This document shows positions 20,179 through 30,128 of a stretch of DNA of 61,726 bases, piece by piece. The notes under the pieces are model-generated. The model was not told the DNA's origin, ran no database searches, and saw nothing but the letters and a program-made list of their open reading frames with translations. The DNA lies in the IMG/VR virus record IMGVR_UViG_3300046028_004204, positions 1 to 61,726 of that record, one strand, 5' to 3'. This DNA is from a virus. Its lineage: Duplodnaviria; Caudoviricetes. Made by a program: the position numbers and the translations under genes. Position 1 is the stretch's first letter. Every line of letters begins with the position of its first letter.

Positions 20179-21008
20179 AAATTTTAATAACAGGTAATGC
20201 CGGATACGTCGGTTCACATCTGACTCAATTACTGAGTAAAAGAACTGATTTAGAACTTTACGGCCTAGATAGGAATAAGCCACAGTTGCCTGTTAAAGAG
20301 CAGTCTTGGAACAATATAACAATGCCTGGATATTTTCTATGGACAAAAGATTTTGAATTTGATTGTGTAATTCATTTGGCAGCTGAAGTGGCTGTAGGTC
20401 GCAGTGTAATAAACCCCATAGTGTATTATCAAACAAACACCTTAGGCACATTACGAGTCCTCCAAGATTTAAAATGTAAACGATTTATACATGCCAGTAC
20501 GGGTTCGGCAGGACCAATGAACAATCCCTACGGTATTAGCAAACGAGCCTCTGAAGAAATTGTAGACCAATATTGCAAAGAACGAAGTATACCGTTTACT
20601 ACTTTTAGATTTTATAATGTAACAGGATCCGATGGTATAAAGCCTACCAATCCAGATGGACTTATGTGGAATTTAATGAATGCACAAAAGACTGGGGTGT
20701 TTAACTTGTTCGGCGACGATTACAATACTCTAGACGGATCTGCTGTGCGCGACTATACTCATGTTAATGAAATTTGTCATGCTCTAGAACAAGCAATTGA
20801 TCGTTCAACAAATCAAATAGAAAATCTAGGTCACGGAGTTGGAACATCAGTTAAACAAATGATCGACCTATATAAGAAAGTTAATAACTGTGAATTTGAA
20901 GTTCAAGTATGCCCAAGAAGAGCAGGCGATCTTGAGCGAAGTGTACTTGACAACCCTTCTACTTTTATGCAACAATTGTATACAATGGAAGATTTATTAA
21001 AGGTTTAA
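20175..21008 (+). CDS. NAD-dependent epimerase (GalE-like)
   Basis: TGNAGYVG, HLAA, YGISK, RFYNV.G, DGSAVRDY.HV, RRAGD. Confidence 0.85.
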   Translation: MKILITGNAGYVGSHLTQLLSKRTDLELYGLDRNKPQLPVKEQSWNNITMPGYFLWTKDFEFDCVIHLAAEVAVGRSVINPIVYYQTNTLGTLRVLQDLKCKRFIHASTGSAGPMNNPYGISKRASEEIVDQYCKERSIPFTTFRFYNVTGSDGIKPTNPDGLMWNLMNAQKTGVFNLFGDDYNTLDGSAVRDYTHVNEICHALEQAIDRSTNQIENLGHGVGTSVKQMIDLYKKVNNCEFEVQVCPRRAGDLERSVLDNPSTFMQQLYTMEDLLKV

Positions 21009-21009
21009 C

Positions 21010-21561
21010 ATGTCTTATTCTGATTCATATAAAGAAACACTTAAAGAACTTCACAAAAGCAAAGCATTTGGTAATAAATCTAGTATTCCTCAAGAAGTAG
21101 TTGAATGTATAGAAAAATATCAAGTAACCTCTATTTTAGATTTTGGTTGCGGTAAGGGTAATTTTTTGACCGCTCTTAAAGAGCAGTATCCGGATATGGA
21201 GATATTTGGATTTGATCCTGGAAATGAAATGTTCTCTGTATTGCCAGATAAGGTTGATATGATTTACTCATCTGATGTGTTAGAACATATAGAACCAGAT
21301 CATTTAATAGATACATTAGTAGATCTAAAGAATAGATGTTCAAAAGTTATGTATCATTTAATTGCCTGTCACCCTGCCAAACGGGGGATGAGTGACGGGA
21401 GGAACGCACATTTGATAATAGAAAATCCGGACTGGTGGCGATCAAAATTACAAAGTATAAATTATCAAATACTAAGTGAAAAAATTACACAATATCAAGC
21501 AGCACCTAAAAAAGGTCCAACTATTGATGTAATAAAATATATTATAACTGTAGAGATTTAA
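21010..21561 (+). CDS. Class I SAM methyltransferase
   Basis: LDFGCGKG, FDP, DVLEHI. Confidence 0.82.
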   Translation: MSYSDSYKETLKELHKSKAFGNKSSIPQEVVECIEKYQVTSILDFGCGKGNFLTALKEQYPDMEIFGFDPGNEMFSVLPDKVDMIYSSDVLEHIEPDHLIDTLVDLKNRCSKVMYHLIACHPAKRGMSDGRNAHLIIENPDWWRSKLQSINYQILSEKITQYQAAPKKGPTIDVIKYIITVEI

Positions 21562-21562
21562 T

Positions 21563-21811
21563 ATGGGTGCCTTAACACCAGGTGCAAAATATATCTACGA
21601 AAAAGCCGACGGCATAACCTATGCTAGAGAGTTTGGTGCTCTACACAATGAACGATTCGAAATTGGTAGAGATTACGAACGATTCTTAAAAGATGAACTT
21701 CAACTTTGGGAAGATATAGTTCGAGAGGGTCGGACAAATAAGGCCTTGCAAGATGCCCTCGATCGTGCTAAAATAGTGTATCATCTAAGCAAAGACCATG
21801 GCAAAAAATAA
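21563..21811 (+). CDS. Hypothetical protein
   Basis: 82-aa ORF in operon. Confidence 0.65.
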   Translation: MGALTPGAKYIYEKADGITYAREFGALHNERFEIGRDYERFLKDELQLWEDIVREGRTNKALQDALDRAKIVYHLSKDHGKK

Positions 21812-22277
21812 ACACGTAGATCTTTTTAAAGACATGATTCCCGCAGTGGATATGGGAATTAAAGAATTATGGGATGCAGTTACAGACGAAGGCCGCAAAG
21901 AAATCAAAGGCGACTTTTGGAATCTTACCCGCTATATTAGTAACGTTAAAAGTTCCAATAGAGAACTTCAAGAGCACTTTATTCTAACAGTCAACGAATA
22001 CTACAACAAGAATTGGAATGACATCCAACAACATCCTAAACTGGTTTGGCAGACACTTTGTCTATGCAGTCACGAAAGTAAGAAAACACAATTTCACGAA
22101 TGGATTCCCCTAAAGAAAGAAGCAAACAAAAAAGAAAAGTTCCTAGCAGAATTATTTCCAAATATGAAGTTTAGTGACATTGAGACACTTGCAATAATAA
22201 CCACAGACAAAGAGATTAAAGAATATGCTAAGGGCCTTGGTTGGGACAAAAAGCAAATTGCAGACATTAAATTATAA
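21798..22277 (+). CDS. Probable clamp-loader small subunit (gp62-like)
   Basis: Size and LTRYIS...NE...FHEWIPLKK pattern resemble T4 gp62; replication context. Confidence 0.4.
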   Translation: MAKNKHVDLFKDMIPAVDMGIKELWDAVTDEGRKEIKGDFWNLTRYISNVKSSNRELQEHFILTVNEYYNKNWNDIQQHPKLVWQTLCLCSHESKKTQFHEWIPLKKEANKKEKFLAELFPNMKFSDIETLAIITTDKEIKEYAKGLGWDKKQIADIKL

Positions 22278-22944
22278 GTGCGAACATTGCGGTAAACTGT
22301 TTGCTAAAGAAAAGACTTTAGTGGTACATATCTGCGAACAAAAGCGCAGACATATGAGCAAAGACGAACGACATGTTAAACTGGGTCTAATGACCTATCA
22401 GCGTTTCTATGAATTAACACAGAAGGCCAAACAGCCTAAAACATTTGATGAGTTTGCATCCAGTCCATACTACACTGCCTTTATAAAGTTTGGCAGTTTT
22501 ATGTCAAATACAAATCCTATCTATCCAGAACGATTTGTAGACTATGTGGTTAAAAGCGGTATTAAATTAGACCACTGGTGTCGAGACGAGCTCTACGATT
22601 CATACATCAGTGAGCTTATAAAAATTGAACCAGCAGATGGTGCAATACAACGCACTATACAAACCATGATGGACTGGGCAGATAAAAATTCTGCACCTTG
22701 GGAACACTACTTTGCCTTTGTAAATTTAAACAGAGCCACACACGATATTAAAGAAGGCTTGATCTCGCCTTGGATCTTGTTAAATAGCAAGTCAGGTAAA
22801 GACATGATTAGACGCATGAATCAAGAACAATTAGAAATAGTTGGACCTGTAGTAGACCCTGGGTTCTGGATGCGTAGATTCAAATCAACACCTGCCGATC
22901 ACGAGTTAGTTAAAGACGTCATCAAGGAGGCGAAGATTTTATGA
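22258..22944 (+). CDS. N-terminal zinc-finger protein
   Basis: CEHCGKLF...LVVHIC; start uncertain (TTG 22258 or ATG 22225). Confidence 0.6.
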   Translation: MQTLNYKCEHCGKLFAKEKTLVVHICEQKRRHMSKDERHVKLGLMTYQRFYELTQKAKQPKTFDEFASSPYYTAFIKFGSFMSNTNPIYPERFVDYVVKSGIKLDHWCRDELYDSYISELIKIEPADGAIQRTIQTMMDWADKNSAPWEHYFAFVNLNRATHDIKEGLISPWILLNSKSGKDMIRRMNQEQLEIVGPVVDPGFWMRRFKSTPADHELVKDVIKEAKIL

Positions 22945-23177
22945 TTTTTAAAAAACGACGAGAAGAAGTCGAAGAACCGATTGAAGAAGAGTTGGCCTAC
23001 AATGAAGAACATATCTCTAGAGATGACATTGATATAGAAGTAGTAATTGGGGAGGATACCCCCGATGTATATGTTAAATTTTCGGGTTTCGAAGATAGTG
23101 AAGATGCCGAAGAGTACGCACAGTTCTTAGCAGAAACACTACCATTACTTTTATTTGAAAGCACACGGTTACAATAA
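22941..23177 (+). CDS. Acidic hypothetical protein
   Basis: 78-aa ORF coupled on both sides. Confidence 0.6.
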   Translation: MIFKKRREEVEEPIEEELAYNEEHISRDDIDIEVVIGEDTPDVYVKFSGFEDSEDAEEYAQFLAETLPLLLFESTRLQ

Positions 23178-23755
23178 TGCCAGATATCGACATAGACTTT
23201 ATAGATCGCGAACAGGCGCTGAAACTGTTTAAACATACAGTTGCCAGTAGAAATGATAACGGCCGATTGGTCAAACATAATACAGGTGTGTACCTTCATG
23301 AGGTTCCGGTTGACGCTGTTACGAGTCTATGCAGTGTGCCTTATGAGCAGGCAGAAGAACAAGAGTTTTTTAAAATAGATTTTCTCAATGTTGGGTTATA
23401 CAACGGTGTTCGAAACGAAGAACATCTCTTACAACTTATGGAGACCGAGCCGCTATGGGATCTACTTTTACAAGACGAGTTCAACAATCTATTATTTCAC
23501 GTCAACGGACATGGTTCTATTCTAAGAGAAATGCAGCCGACCTCGATCGAACAGTTGGCAGCAGTACTAGCAATGATCCGCCCTGCCAAGAGACATCTAA
23601 TCGGCAAGGACTGGTCAGTAGTGATGAAAGAAGTCTGGACAAAACCAGAGACCAATGATTATTATTTCAAGAAGAGTCACGCCACTGCCTATGCCGTTGC
23701 CATTGTAGTGCAGATGAATTTAATTTGTGAATCGATAAGTTATGGATATTCGTGA
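23177..23755 (+). CDS. Minimal DNA polymerase III alpha (DnaE)-like catalytic module
   Basis: PDIDIDF, H.TGV, KIDFL, AMIRP, YYFKKSHATAYA in DnaE order within 192 aa. Confidence 0.8.
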   Translation: MPDIDIDFIDREQALKLFKHTVASRNDNGRLVKHNTGVYLHEVPVDAVTSLCSVPYEQAEEQEFFKIDFLNVGLYNGVRNEEHLLQLMETEPLWDLLLQDEFNNLLFHVNGHGSILREMQPTSIEQLAAVLAMIRPAKRHLIGKDWSVVMKEVWTKPETNDYYFKKSHATAYAVAIVVQMNLICESISYGYS

Positions 23756-24305
23756 TAGCTTTAGTGCTGCTCAGATGCAGAGCAAACAATGGCTCGTACA
23801 AAGATTAGAAAATGTTCTACTAGAAGAGCGCCCAATTGAGGACGGATATCGCATCTGGATATTGGCAGGATGGCACGGTCTAACTAATCTGTTACTACGA
23901 ACACGTAATCAAATTCCTGTATTAGAAGTTAGAAGTTTTGACATTGATCCTAGTTGTGAAGCCATTGCTGATGCAGTGAATAATCTGTGGGTATGGAAGG
24001 CTTGGGAGTTTAAAGCACACACTGCCGACATTAATCAACTAGAATACGACCCACAACCCGATGTTGTTATTAACTCTAGTGTTGAGCACATGACTAGTAA
24101 TCTTTGGTGGACGAATATCCCCAAAGGTACAATTGTTTGCTTACAAGTCAGTGATATGGAAGATGAAGATCATGTCAACAAGTTTAGCACTGCGCATGAT
24201 CTGTTTAAAGCATATCCTGTCGAAGAGCTGATCTACGAAGGTGTTAAACGATTTGAATTTAACGACAAGGCCTTTTATAGGTCTATGATTATTGGCATTA
24301 AGTAA
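23742..24305 (+). CDS. SAM-dependent methyltransferase-like protein
   Basis: LAGWHG, SFDIDP, INSSVEHM. Confidence 0.55.
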   Translation: MDIRDSFSAAQMQSKQWLVQRLENVLLEERPIEDGYRIWILAGWHGLTNLLLRTRNQIPVLEVRSFDIDPSCEAIADAVNNLWVWKAWEFKAHTADINQLEYDPQPDVVINSSVEHMTSNLWWTNIPKGTIVCLQVSDMEDEDHVNKFSTAHDLFKAYPVEELIYEGVKRFEFNDKAFYRSMIIGIK

Positions 24306-24669
24306 TTTTTCTAACCAACGTTATACTTCTACGCTTGATTCTCTTAACAATAATATCGTTTAGGCTGGTACACGGTCCTAGAAGTATCTTTGTGTCTTTT
24401 GTTGAAAAGTTTCTAATTGCATATCTAAAGCCGTAGATTTCTCTCAATAGAAAAATATTGATAGGAATTTGACGATTTGACTCCCACCACCAAATTTCTC
24501 CTAATTCTAAGAACTTGGCTTTTTCTCCGTCAGTTTTGATCAGAGTATAGTCATACATGCTAGTGACCTGAGCATCTTGATTGATCACAACACCCACATA
24601 TTCGTGGTTGACATGATTTACCACACTTATGAATGGAAAGTTTTCTTGTAAGTTTTCTGTTATTCTCAT
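24298..24669 (-). CDS. Hypothetical protein
   Basis: ORF from MRITENL; TATAAATA on - strand at 24717-24724. Confidence 0.65.
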   Translation of the reverse strand: MRITENLQENFPFISVVNHVNHEYVGVVINQDAQVTSMYDYTLIKTDGEKAKFLELGEIWWWESNRQIPINIFLLREIYGFRYAIRNFSTKDTKILLGPCTSLNDIIVKRIKRRSITLVRKIT

Positions 24670-24698
24670 AGATAAATACTGCAAAGGATCCGTTTAGT

Positions 24699-25520
24699 AT
24701 GCAATTAATTTCAGTTTATTTATATCCAAATAAAATAGATGTGTTTACTAATGCGTCAGCGGCCTGGCAAACAAAGAGGTATCGTAGAGTGTACAATCGC
24801 AACATAAAAATCTATCGCGGAGTAGATAATCGTATTGATTTACAGGTACGAAACTCTGATGAAAAAGCCGCTGACATTACAGGTTCAACGTTGGTATTTA
24901 ATTTGGTTGAACGAGAGACCCAGTCATTAGTGGCTAAAAAAGACTGTGTGACAGTTGCTGCCAGCACCGGCAAGTATTATGTCACTCTAACTGAAAGTGA
25001 ATTACTTGATATTGAAACAGGTTTCTATCAATACAGCGTCTACAACGAAACAAGGACACTCAACGGAGACGGAACGCACCTAGTCTCTAGCAGAACTCCG
25101 TTGTACATCGACAGTCAATATGACGCATTGGCCAACATCGAAGTACTAGACAGTGGAGAAGGTGAAGTATCTGCTAGCACCAAAGTTAGTGAATTCAGCT
25201 TGCACAAGAGCTTTGGTGAACCATTTGATGACTACTATATCAGCAGTATCATTGATGCAAGGCCACAGGTTACTACTCCACAGAGTCTACACACATTCCA
25301 ATTGTTCTGTACTAATTATACTGGTTCTGTAATCATCCAAGGTAGTATAAGTGAAGGCGGCAATCCAGGAGTTTGGGTTGATGTAGAAACATTGGTACTT
25401 ACTGCTGAAACACTAACCTATCAAAATATCACTGGCAAATACAATTGGTTTCGAGTAAAGCATACCCCCAATAAACTCATTACCAACAACGGAACCGTTG
25501 ACAAAGTATTATACAGATAG
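24699..25520 (+). CDS. Putative virion structural protein (beta-rich)
   Basis: 273 aa, T/S/V-rich, TAAATA upstream. Confidence 0.45.
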   Translation: MQLISVYLYPNKIDVFTNASAAWQTKRYRRVYNRNIKIYRGVDNRIDLQVRNSDEKAADITGSTLVFNLVERETQSLVAKKDCVTVAASTGKYYVTLTESELLDIETGFYQYSVYNETRTLNGDGTHLVSSRTPLYIDSQYDALANIEVLDSGEGEVSASTKVSEFSLHKSFGEPFDDYYISSIIDARPQVTTPQSLHTFQLFCTNYTGSVIIQGSISEGGNPGVWVDVETLVLTAETLTYQNITGKYNWFRVKHTPNKLITNNGTVDKVLYR

Positions 25521-25526
25521 TATACT
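25498..25526 (+). promoter_or_regulatory. sigma70 promoter, leaderless primase mRNA
   Basis: TTGACA-17-TATACT, 6 nt, ATG 25533. Confidence 0.8.
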
Positions 25527-25532
25527 AAGTCT

Positions 25533-26546
25533 ATGACTCTCGTCTTAGACAAATTTCGTTCATTACTACCAAAGACTAAGTCCAGCCCAAGCGGCTGGAT
25601 CAGTTTCAATGCGCCTTGTTGTCATCATAGAGGTCATGCTAGAGATACTCGAAAACGAGCAGGTGTTATGTTCAGTGAAGGGGTGATTTACAACTGCTTC
25701 AATTGCAAATACACTGCCAGTTGGCAACCTGGAAGAAACATCTCCGAAAAGTTTAAGAGCTTGTGTCGTTGGCTAGGTGCTAACGATGATCAAATTAAAG
25801 AATTAGTGTTTGAAGCACTTAAAACAGAATCAACAGACTACGAACCCGATCACTTCGTTGAAAAGGTCAAGTTCACGGAAAAAGAATTACCCGAAGGCGC
25901 AATGTCTATTAATGAGTGGGTTAATTCAGCATATCTTCCAGACATATCTGCAGACATCGGCCCAGTAATAGATTATATTTATAGTCGAGGATTTGATGCG
26001 TTGAGTGAACATTTCTATTGGAGTCCAGCACCCGGATACATAGATCGAGTTCTCCTGCCCTATTATTACGAAGGTAAAATTGTAGGCAGCACCGCAAGAA
26101 AAGTTCGAGAAGGCAAGCCTAAGTACTTGTCGGATCAGCATCCTTTCTTTGTGTTTAACGTAGACGAGCAAGATCCAAAAAACAAATATGTATTTGTAGT
26201 AGAAGGCCAGTTTGATGCCTATTCAATAGGTGGTGTTGGATTGTTAACCAACGAGATAGCACAGCAACAAGCTCACATCATCAACCAATTAGGCAAAGAA
26301 GTAATTGTAATACCAGATCAAGATAAGGCTGGTTTGATGCTGATCAAGCAGGCCATAGACTACGGATGGAGTGTAGCGTTCCCTACATGGGATAATAATG
26401 TAAAAGATGTTGCAGATGCTGTGCAAAAATATGGTCGATTGTTTGTAACAGTTGATGCCATTAAAACTGCCCAACAGGGCGAAATTAAAATCAGTGTAGC
26501 AAGGAACAACCTCGAAACACGCCTTGCATTACATGAAGAAAGATAA
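25533..26546 (+). CDS. DNA primase (gp61/DnaG-like)
   Basis: Zn ribbon PCC...CFNC, TOPRIM VEGQFD, PDQDKAG, KDVAD. Confidence 0.88.
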   Translation: MTLVLDKFRSLLPKTKSSPSGWISFNAPCCHHRGHARDTRKRAGVMFSEGVIYNCFNCKYTASWQPGRNISEKFKSLCRWLGANDDQIKELVFEALKTESTDYEPDHFVEKVKFTEKELPEGAMSINEWVNSAYLPDISADIGPVIDYIYSRGFDALSEHFYWSPAPGYIDRVLLPYYYEGKIVGSTARKVREGKPKYLSDQHPFFVFNVDEQDPKNKYVFVVEGQFDAYSIGGVGLLTNEIAQQQAHIINQLGKEVIVIPDQDKAGLMLIKQAIDYGWSVAFPTWDNNVKDVADAVQKYGRLFVTVDAIKTAQQGEIKISVARNNLETRLALHEER

Positions 26547-26552
26547 TATAAT
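26524..26552 (+). promoter_or_regulatory. sigma70 promoter, leaderless helicase mRNA
   Basis: TTGCAT-17-TATAAT, 6 nt, ATG 26559. Confidence 0.75.
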
Positions 26553-26558
26553 ATAACT

Positions 26559-27992
26559 ATGATAAAAGATTACGGAATTGAAGTACAGAAGCTATATCTT
26601 GAATTGATGCTGGCAGATGCAGAAGTGTTTGTACGCTGTCAAGGTATTTTTGATCACACACTATTTGATCGCAAACTACAAGATGCGGCAGAATTCATTA
26701 ATGAATATGCCAAACAGTATAGTGTGCTGCCGGACTATGAAATGGTCAATGCATCGTGTAGAACTGATATGAAGCGGCCCGAAGCAGTCAAAGACGGACA
26801 TATGGAATGGTTGATGGACGAGTTTGAATCGTTCACTAGACATAAAGCCATTGAGCGAGCAATTATCGCCAGTGCTGACTTGTTAGAGCAACACAACTAC
26901 GGTGAAGTTGAGACCTTGATTAAAGAAGCAGTTCAAATTGGTCTTGCTCGCGACATGGGCACAGACTACTTTGCTGATCCTCGTGGGCGACTAATGGGCC
27001 TCAAAGACAAGAACGGTCAGATCTCAACAGGTTGGCCTTGTATGGACCGTAAGCTGTTTGGTGGAATGAATCGTGGAGAGCTAAACATCTTTGCAGGTGG
27101 ATCAGGTGCAGGTAAAAGTTTGTTCCTGGCTAATCTAGGAGTGAACTGGGCATTGATGGGTCTTAATGTTGTTTATCTAACACTAGAACTTTCAGAAGCA
27201 CTGGTATCTATGCGTATTGACAGTATGGTTACAGGTGTTGGTACTAAAGAGATTTTTAAAGATCTTGATGATGTTGAAATGAAAGTCAAGATGATCGGCA
27301 AGAAAGCGGGTATGCTACAGATCAAGTACATGCCTAGTGGCAAGACTGTTAATGATATCCGTGCTTACATCAAAGAATATGAAATCCGTGTGGGCAAGAA
27401 AGTAGATGTGTTGTTGGTAGATTATCTAGACTTGTTGATGCCCATAGGTAAAAAGATTTCAGCAGAAAACTTGTTTGTCAAAGACAAGTATGTATCAGAA
27501 GAACTGCGTAATCTAGCAATGGAAAAAAAGATTCTGTTGGTAACTGCCGCCCAGTTGAATCGTGGTGCTGTAGAAGAAGTTGAGTTTGATCACAGTCACA
27601 TCTCAGGTGGATTGAGTAAGATTCAAACTGCTGACAATGTGTTTGGTATCTTTACATCGAGAGCAATGCGTGAACGAGGTCGTTATCAGATACAGCTAAT
27701 GAAGACTCGTTCATCAAGCGGTGTAGGACAAAAGGTTGATCTAGAATTTAACATCGAAAGCCTAAAAATTAGTGATCTTCCAGAAGAAGAACAAGAAAGC
27801 AACGGAGCCAGCAGTCGTGGATCTAGCAGTCTAATCGAAAGCATTAAAAATCGCTCAACTGTTAAAATAGACAGCGACGGTGTAATCCATGATGACCCCA
27901 CACAGGGAGCCAGCATTGGTAAAGTACGAGCCAATGTAGAATCCAGCAAATTGTTGGAGTTGTTGAACAAGATGCACGATGAAGACGAATAA
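26559..27992 (+). CDS. Replicative helicase (gp41/DnaB-like)
   Basis: GGSGAGKS, TLELSE, VDYLD, TAAQLNR, MKTR. Confidence 0.92.
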   Translation: MIKDYGIEVQKLYLELMLADAEVFVRCQGIFDHTLFDRKLQDAAEFINEYAKQYSVLPDYEMVNASCRTDMKRPEAVKDGHMEWLMDEFESFTRHKAIERAIIASADLLEQHNYGEVETLIKEAVQIGLARDMGTDYFADPRGRLMGLKDKNGQISTGWPCMDRKLFGGMNRGELNIFAGGSGAGKSLFLANLGVNWALMGLNVVYLTLELSEALVSMRIDSMVTGVGTKEIFKDLDDVEMKVKMIGKKAGMLQIKYMPSGKTVNDIRAYIKEYEIRVGKKVDVLLVDYLDLLMPIGKKISAENLFVKDKYVSEELRNLAMEKKILLVTAAQLNRGAVEEVEFDHSHISGGLSKIQTADNVFGIFTSRAMRERGRYQIQLMKTRSSSGVGQKVDLEFNIESLKISDLPEEEQESNGASSRGSSSLIESIKNRSTVKIDSDGVIHDDPTQGASIGKVRANVESSKLLELLNKMHDEDE

Positions 27993-28215
27993 AGTAGAAT
28001 TGTACAAGTGGTTAGATCTCGAGGGCGAAAACATTGAAATTGATTGGCCCAAGGTGCATAAAACCATAGGCCTAGATCATACCAATTGGTTGTTACGGCA
28101 ACCCGAAGATCAATGCCAAATAATACTAGAACGCAAGGACATGTATTGTCGTTTGATAGCTGAATTTTACAATCAACAGACTTTGACACATTACCACTTA
28201 ATGTGGGCTAAATAA
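27979..28215 (+). CDS. Hypothetical protein
   Basis: 78-aa ORF. Confidence 0.55.
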   Translation: MKTNKVELYKWLDLEGENIEIDWPKVHKTIGLDHTNWLLRQPEDQCQIILERKDMYCRLIAEFYNQQTLTHYHLMWAK

Positions 28216-28218
28216 TGG

Positions 28219-28590
28219 ATGCGAGCAAAAGAGTTTATTCCCGAAGGTAAAGAAAGAAAAGCACTGCGTAAAGGTGTGGCTCAGAGTATGAGCAATCTCA
28301 CCGTCTACGACCAATTAGACAACAACAACAATCCCTATCTAGCCTATAGATTTGGTATTGCACTTGCAGGCAGTCCTAACGAAGACATGGACAAGCGAGG
28401 TGCAATAGGCAGCGATTTTGTCATGGCCGACTATACTGATGCGGATACTGCAATTCGCAAGGGCGCAGAGCGAATCATGGGTGTTCACAGTACTAAATCA
28501 ACGGGCAAGGGCAGTCTAGAGCTAGATGGCTCAATCATCAACAAAGTCAGTCCAACTGCTGCTGCCAAACGCAATCGTTACGGAGTTTAA
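28219..28590 (+). CDS. Hypothetical, possibly capsid-internal protein
   Basis: MRAKEFIPE N-terminus; TAAATA 4 nt upstream of ATG. Confidence 0.6.
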   Translation: MRAKEFIPEGKERKALRKGVAQSMSNLTVYDQLDNNNNPYLAYRFGIALAGSPNEDMDKRGAIGSDFVMADYTDADTAIRKGAERIMGVHSTKSTGKGSLELDGSIINKVSPTAAAKRNRYGV

Positions 28591-28591
28591 C

Positions 28592-29299
28592 ATGTGGTTG
28601 AGAGAATTTACAGCCAGCGAATTTGTCACAGTCAATAAACGACTGAATCCCAAGATATGGCAGGATGGTGAACTAGACCCTGCTGTAGCAGATAAATTAA
28701 AAGAAATTGCCATGGCCTTCAAAGAGTTTGTGGGCATTGAACTAGAAGTAATAGATTACACAATCACAGGCAGTAATGCTAATTACACCTGGACTGACTA
28801 CAGTGACCTTGATCTTCACCTCGTTATTCCCGGAGAACCCAACGACGAACAGCGCGAGCTATTCAATGCCAAAAAGGCACTCTGGGCCGAACAACATTCG
28901 ATCACAATCAAAGGCCTGCCAGTAGAATGTTATGTGCAGGGCAATGATGAAGAACACCACTCAACAGGCGTTTACAGTCTATTACACAAGACTTGGTTGA
29001 TCGAGCCCAAGAAGGTCAAACCCACAATAGACGACAAGGCAGTAGACGCCAAGAAAGATGCGGTAGAACACGAGATAGAGCGAGCTCTACTCAGCAAGGA
29101 TCTAGAACAGCTACGCTCAGTGAAAGAGCGCATTACCAAGATGCGCAAAGCAGGGTTGGCTCGTGCAGGAGAGTGGAGTGTAGAGAACCTTGTGTTTAAG
29201 GTTCTGCGCAATCTGGGTCTAATTGATCAGATCACGGAAAAAATACAGGAACTAGAAGACCAACAACTGAGCCTAGAACAGACTCAGATATTGGACTAA
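28592..29299 (+). CDS. Pol-beta superfamily nucleotidyltransferase
   Basis: ITGSNANY...SDLDLH (GS...DxD) and VECYV. Confidence 0.78.
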   Translation: MWLREFTASEFVTVNKRLNPKIWQDGELDPAVADKLKEIAMAFKEFVGIELEVIDYTITGSNANYTWTDYSDLDLHLVIPGEPNDEQRELFNAKKALWAEQHSITIKGLPVECYVQGNDEEHHSTGVYSLLHKTWLIEPKKVKPTIDDKAVDAKKDAVEHEIERALLSKDLEQLRSVKERITKMRKAGLARAGEWSVENLVFKVLRNLGLIDQITEKIQELEDQQLSLEQTQILD

Positions 29300-29433
29300 T
29301 CTTTGATTAGATAGCAGTCGTGTACATTACAACAGCGAATTTCATAAACCATAAATCTAGTGGCCTCAGTTAGACTCACAAAGGTCTTGGCTGTGAATGT
29401 TCCGCCTGTTAGATAATAACTCACTCTCCACAT
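29296..29433 (-). CDS. Small 45-aa protein (not in ORF track)
   Basis: MWRVSYYLTGG...YLIKD*, start overlaps the TGA of the upstream gene. Confidence 0.5.
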   Translation of the reverse strand: MWRVSYYLTGGTFTAKTFVSLTEATRFMVYEIRCCNVHDCYLIKD

Positions 29434-30128
29434 CAGTCTTTCTTGATGCCAAACAACTGTAGCAAATTGATGAACAAGTTGATAAAGTCCATATAGAGTG
29501 TAAGTGCTCCGATGACTTCTTCACGACCAGTGTCACCGTCTACTGACACAGCTTCACGAATCTTCTGTGTGTCATAGGCAGTGAGGCCCAAGAAGATGAT
29601 GATGGCCAAAGCACTAATAACCATCTGCATGACTGTGCTGCCAATAAAGATATTCACAACACTGGCAATGATGATGGCGATCAAGCCAACAAACATAAAC
29701 CGGCCAACACTATCTAGACTACGTTTGGTAAAGTAACCATAAAAGCTCATGACCGCAAACAGTATGGCCGCACCCATAAAGGCGCTCACAATCGAGCCCA
29801 TGGTGAATACAGCAAAGATAGTGGCCATGCTCAGACCCATTAGGGCCGCAAAACCATGCAAGAATAACTGTAGTTGACTTTTGTTGAAGCGGTCACTGGC
29901 AAATGCAAATGCCAGTATGGCCACTAGGGGTGCAAAGATCACAATCCATTTTGTCATGCCCGTAAAGAAGAATGCCAACAGTTCGGGCGATGAACCCACG
30001 AAGTAACTGACAATCATTGATACCAAGACAGCCAGGCTCATGTGAGCATACACTCGTCCCATGGCTGAATTTATTTCATCTGCTGAGCGGTAATCTGAAA
30101 TGCCGCTGGTGTAATTTGTTCCAAACAT
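29433..30128 (-). CDS. Bax inhibitor-1/YccA family membrane protein
   Basis: About 7 TM segments, AYDTQKI, ALTLYMDFINLF. Confidence 0.92.
   Translation of the reverse strand: MFGTNYTSGISDYRSADEINSAMGRVYAHMSLAVLVSMIVSYFVGSSPELLAFFFTGMTKWIVIFAPLVAILAFAFASDRFNKSQLQLFLHGFAALMGLSMATIFAVFTMGSIVSAFMGAAILFAVMSFYGYFTKRSLDSVGRFMFVGLIAIIIASVVNIFIGSTVMQMVISALAIIIFLGLTAYDTQKIREAVSVDGDTGREEVIGALTLYMDFINLFINLLQLFGIKKD

Noticed and set aside
23177-23755. dnaE pseudogene
   Set aside because: Catalytic motifs are intact and ordered with clean coupling to neighbours; treated as a minimal module instead
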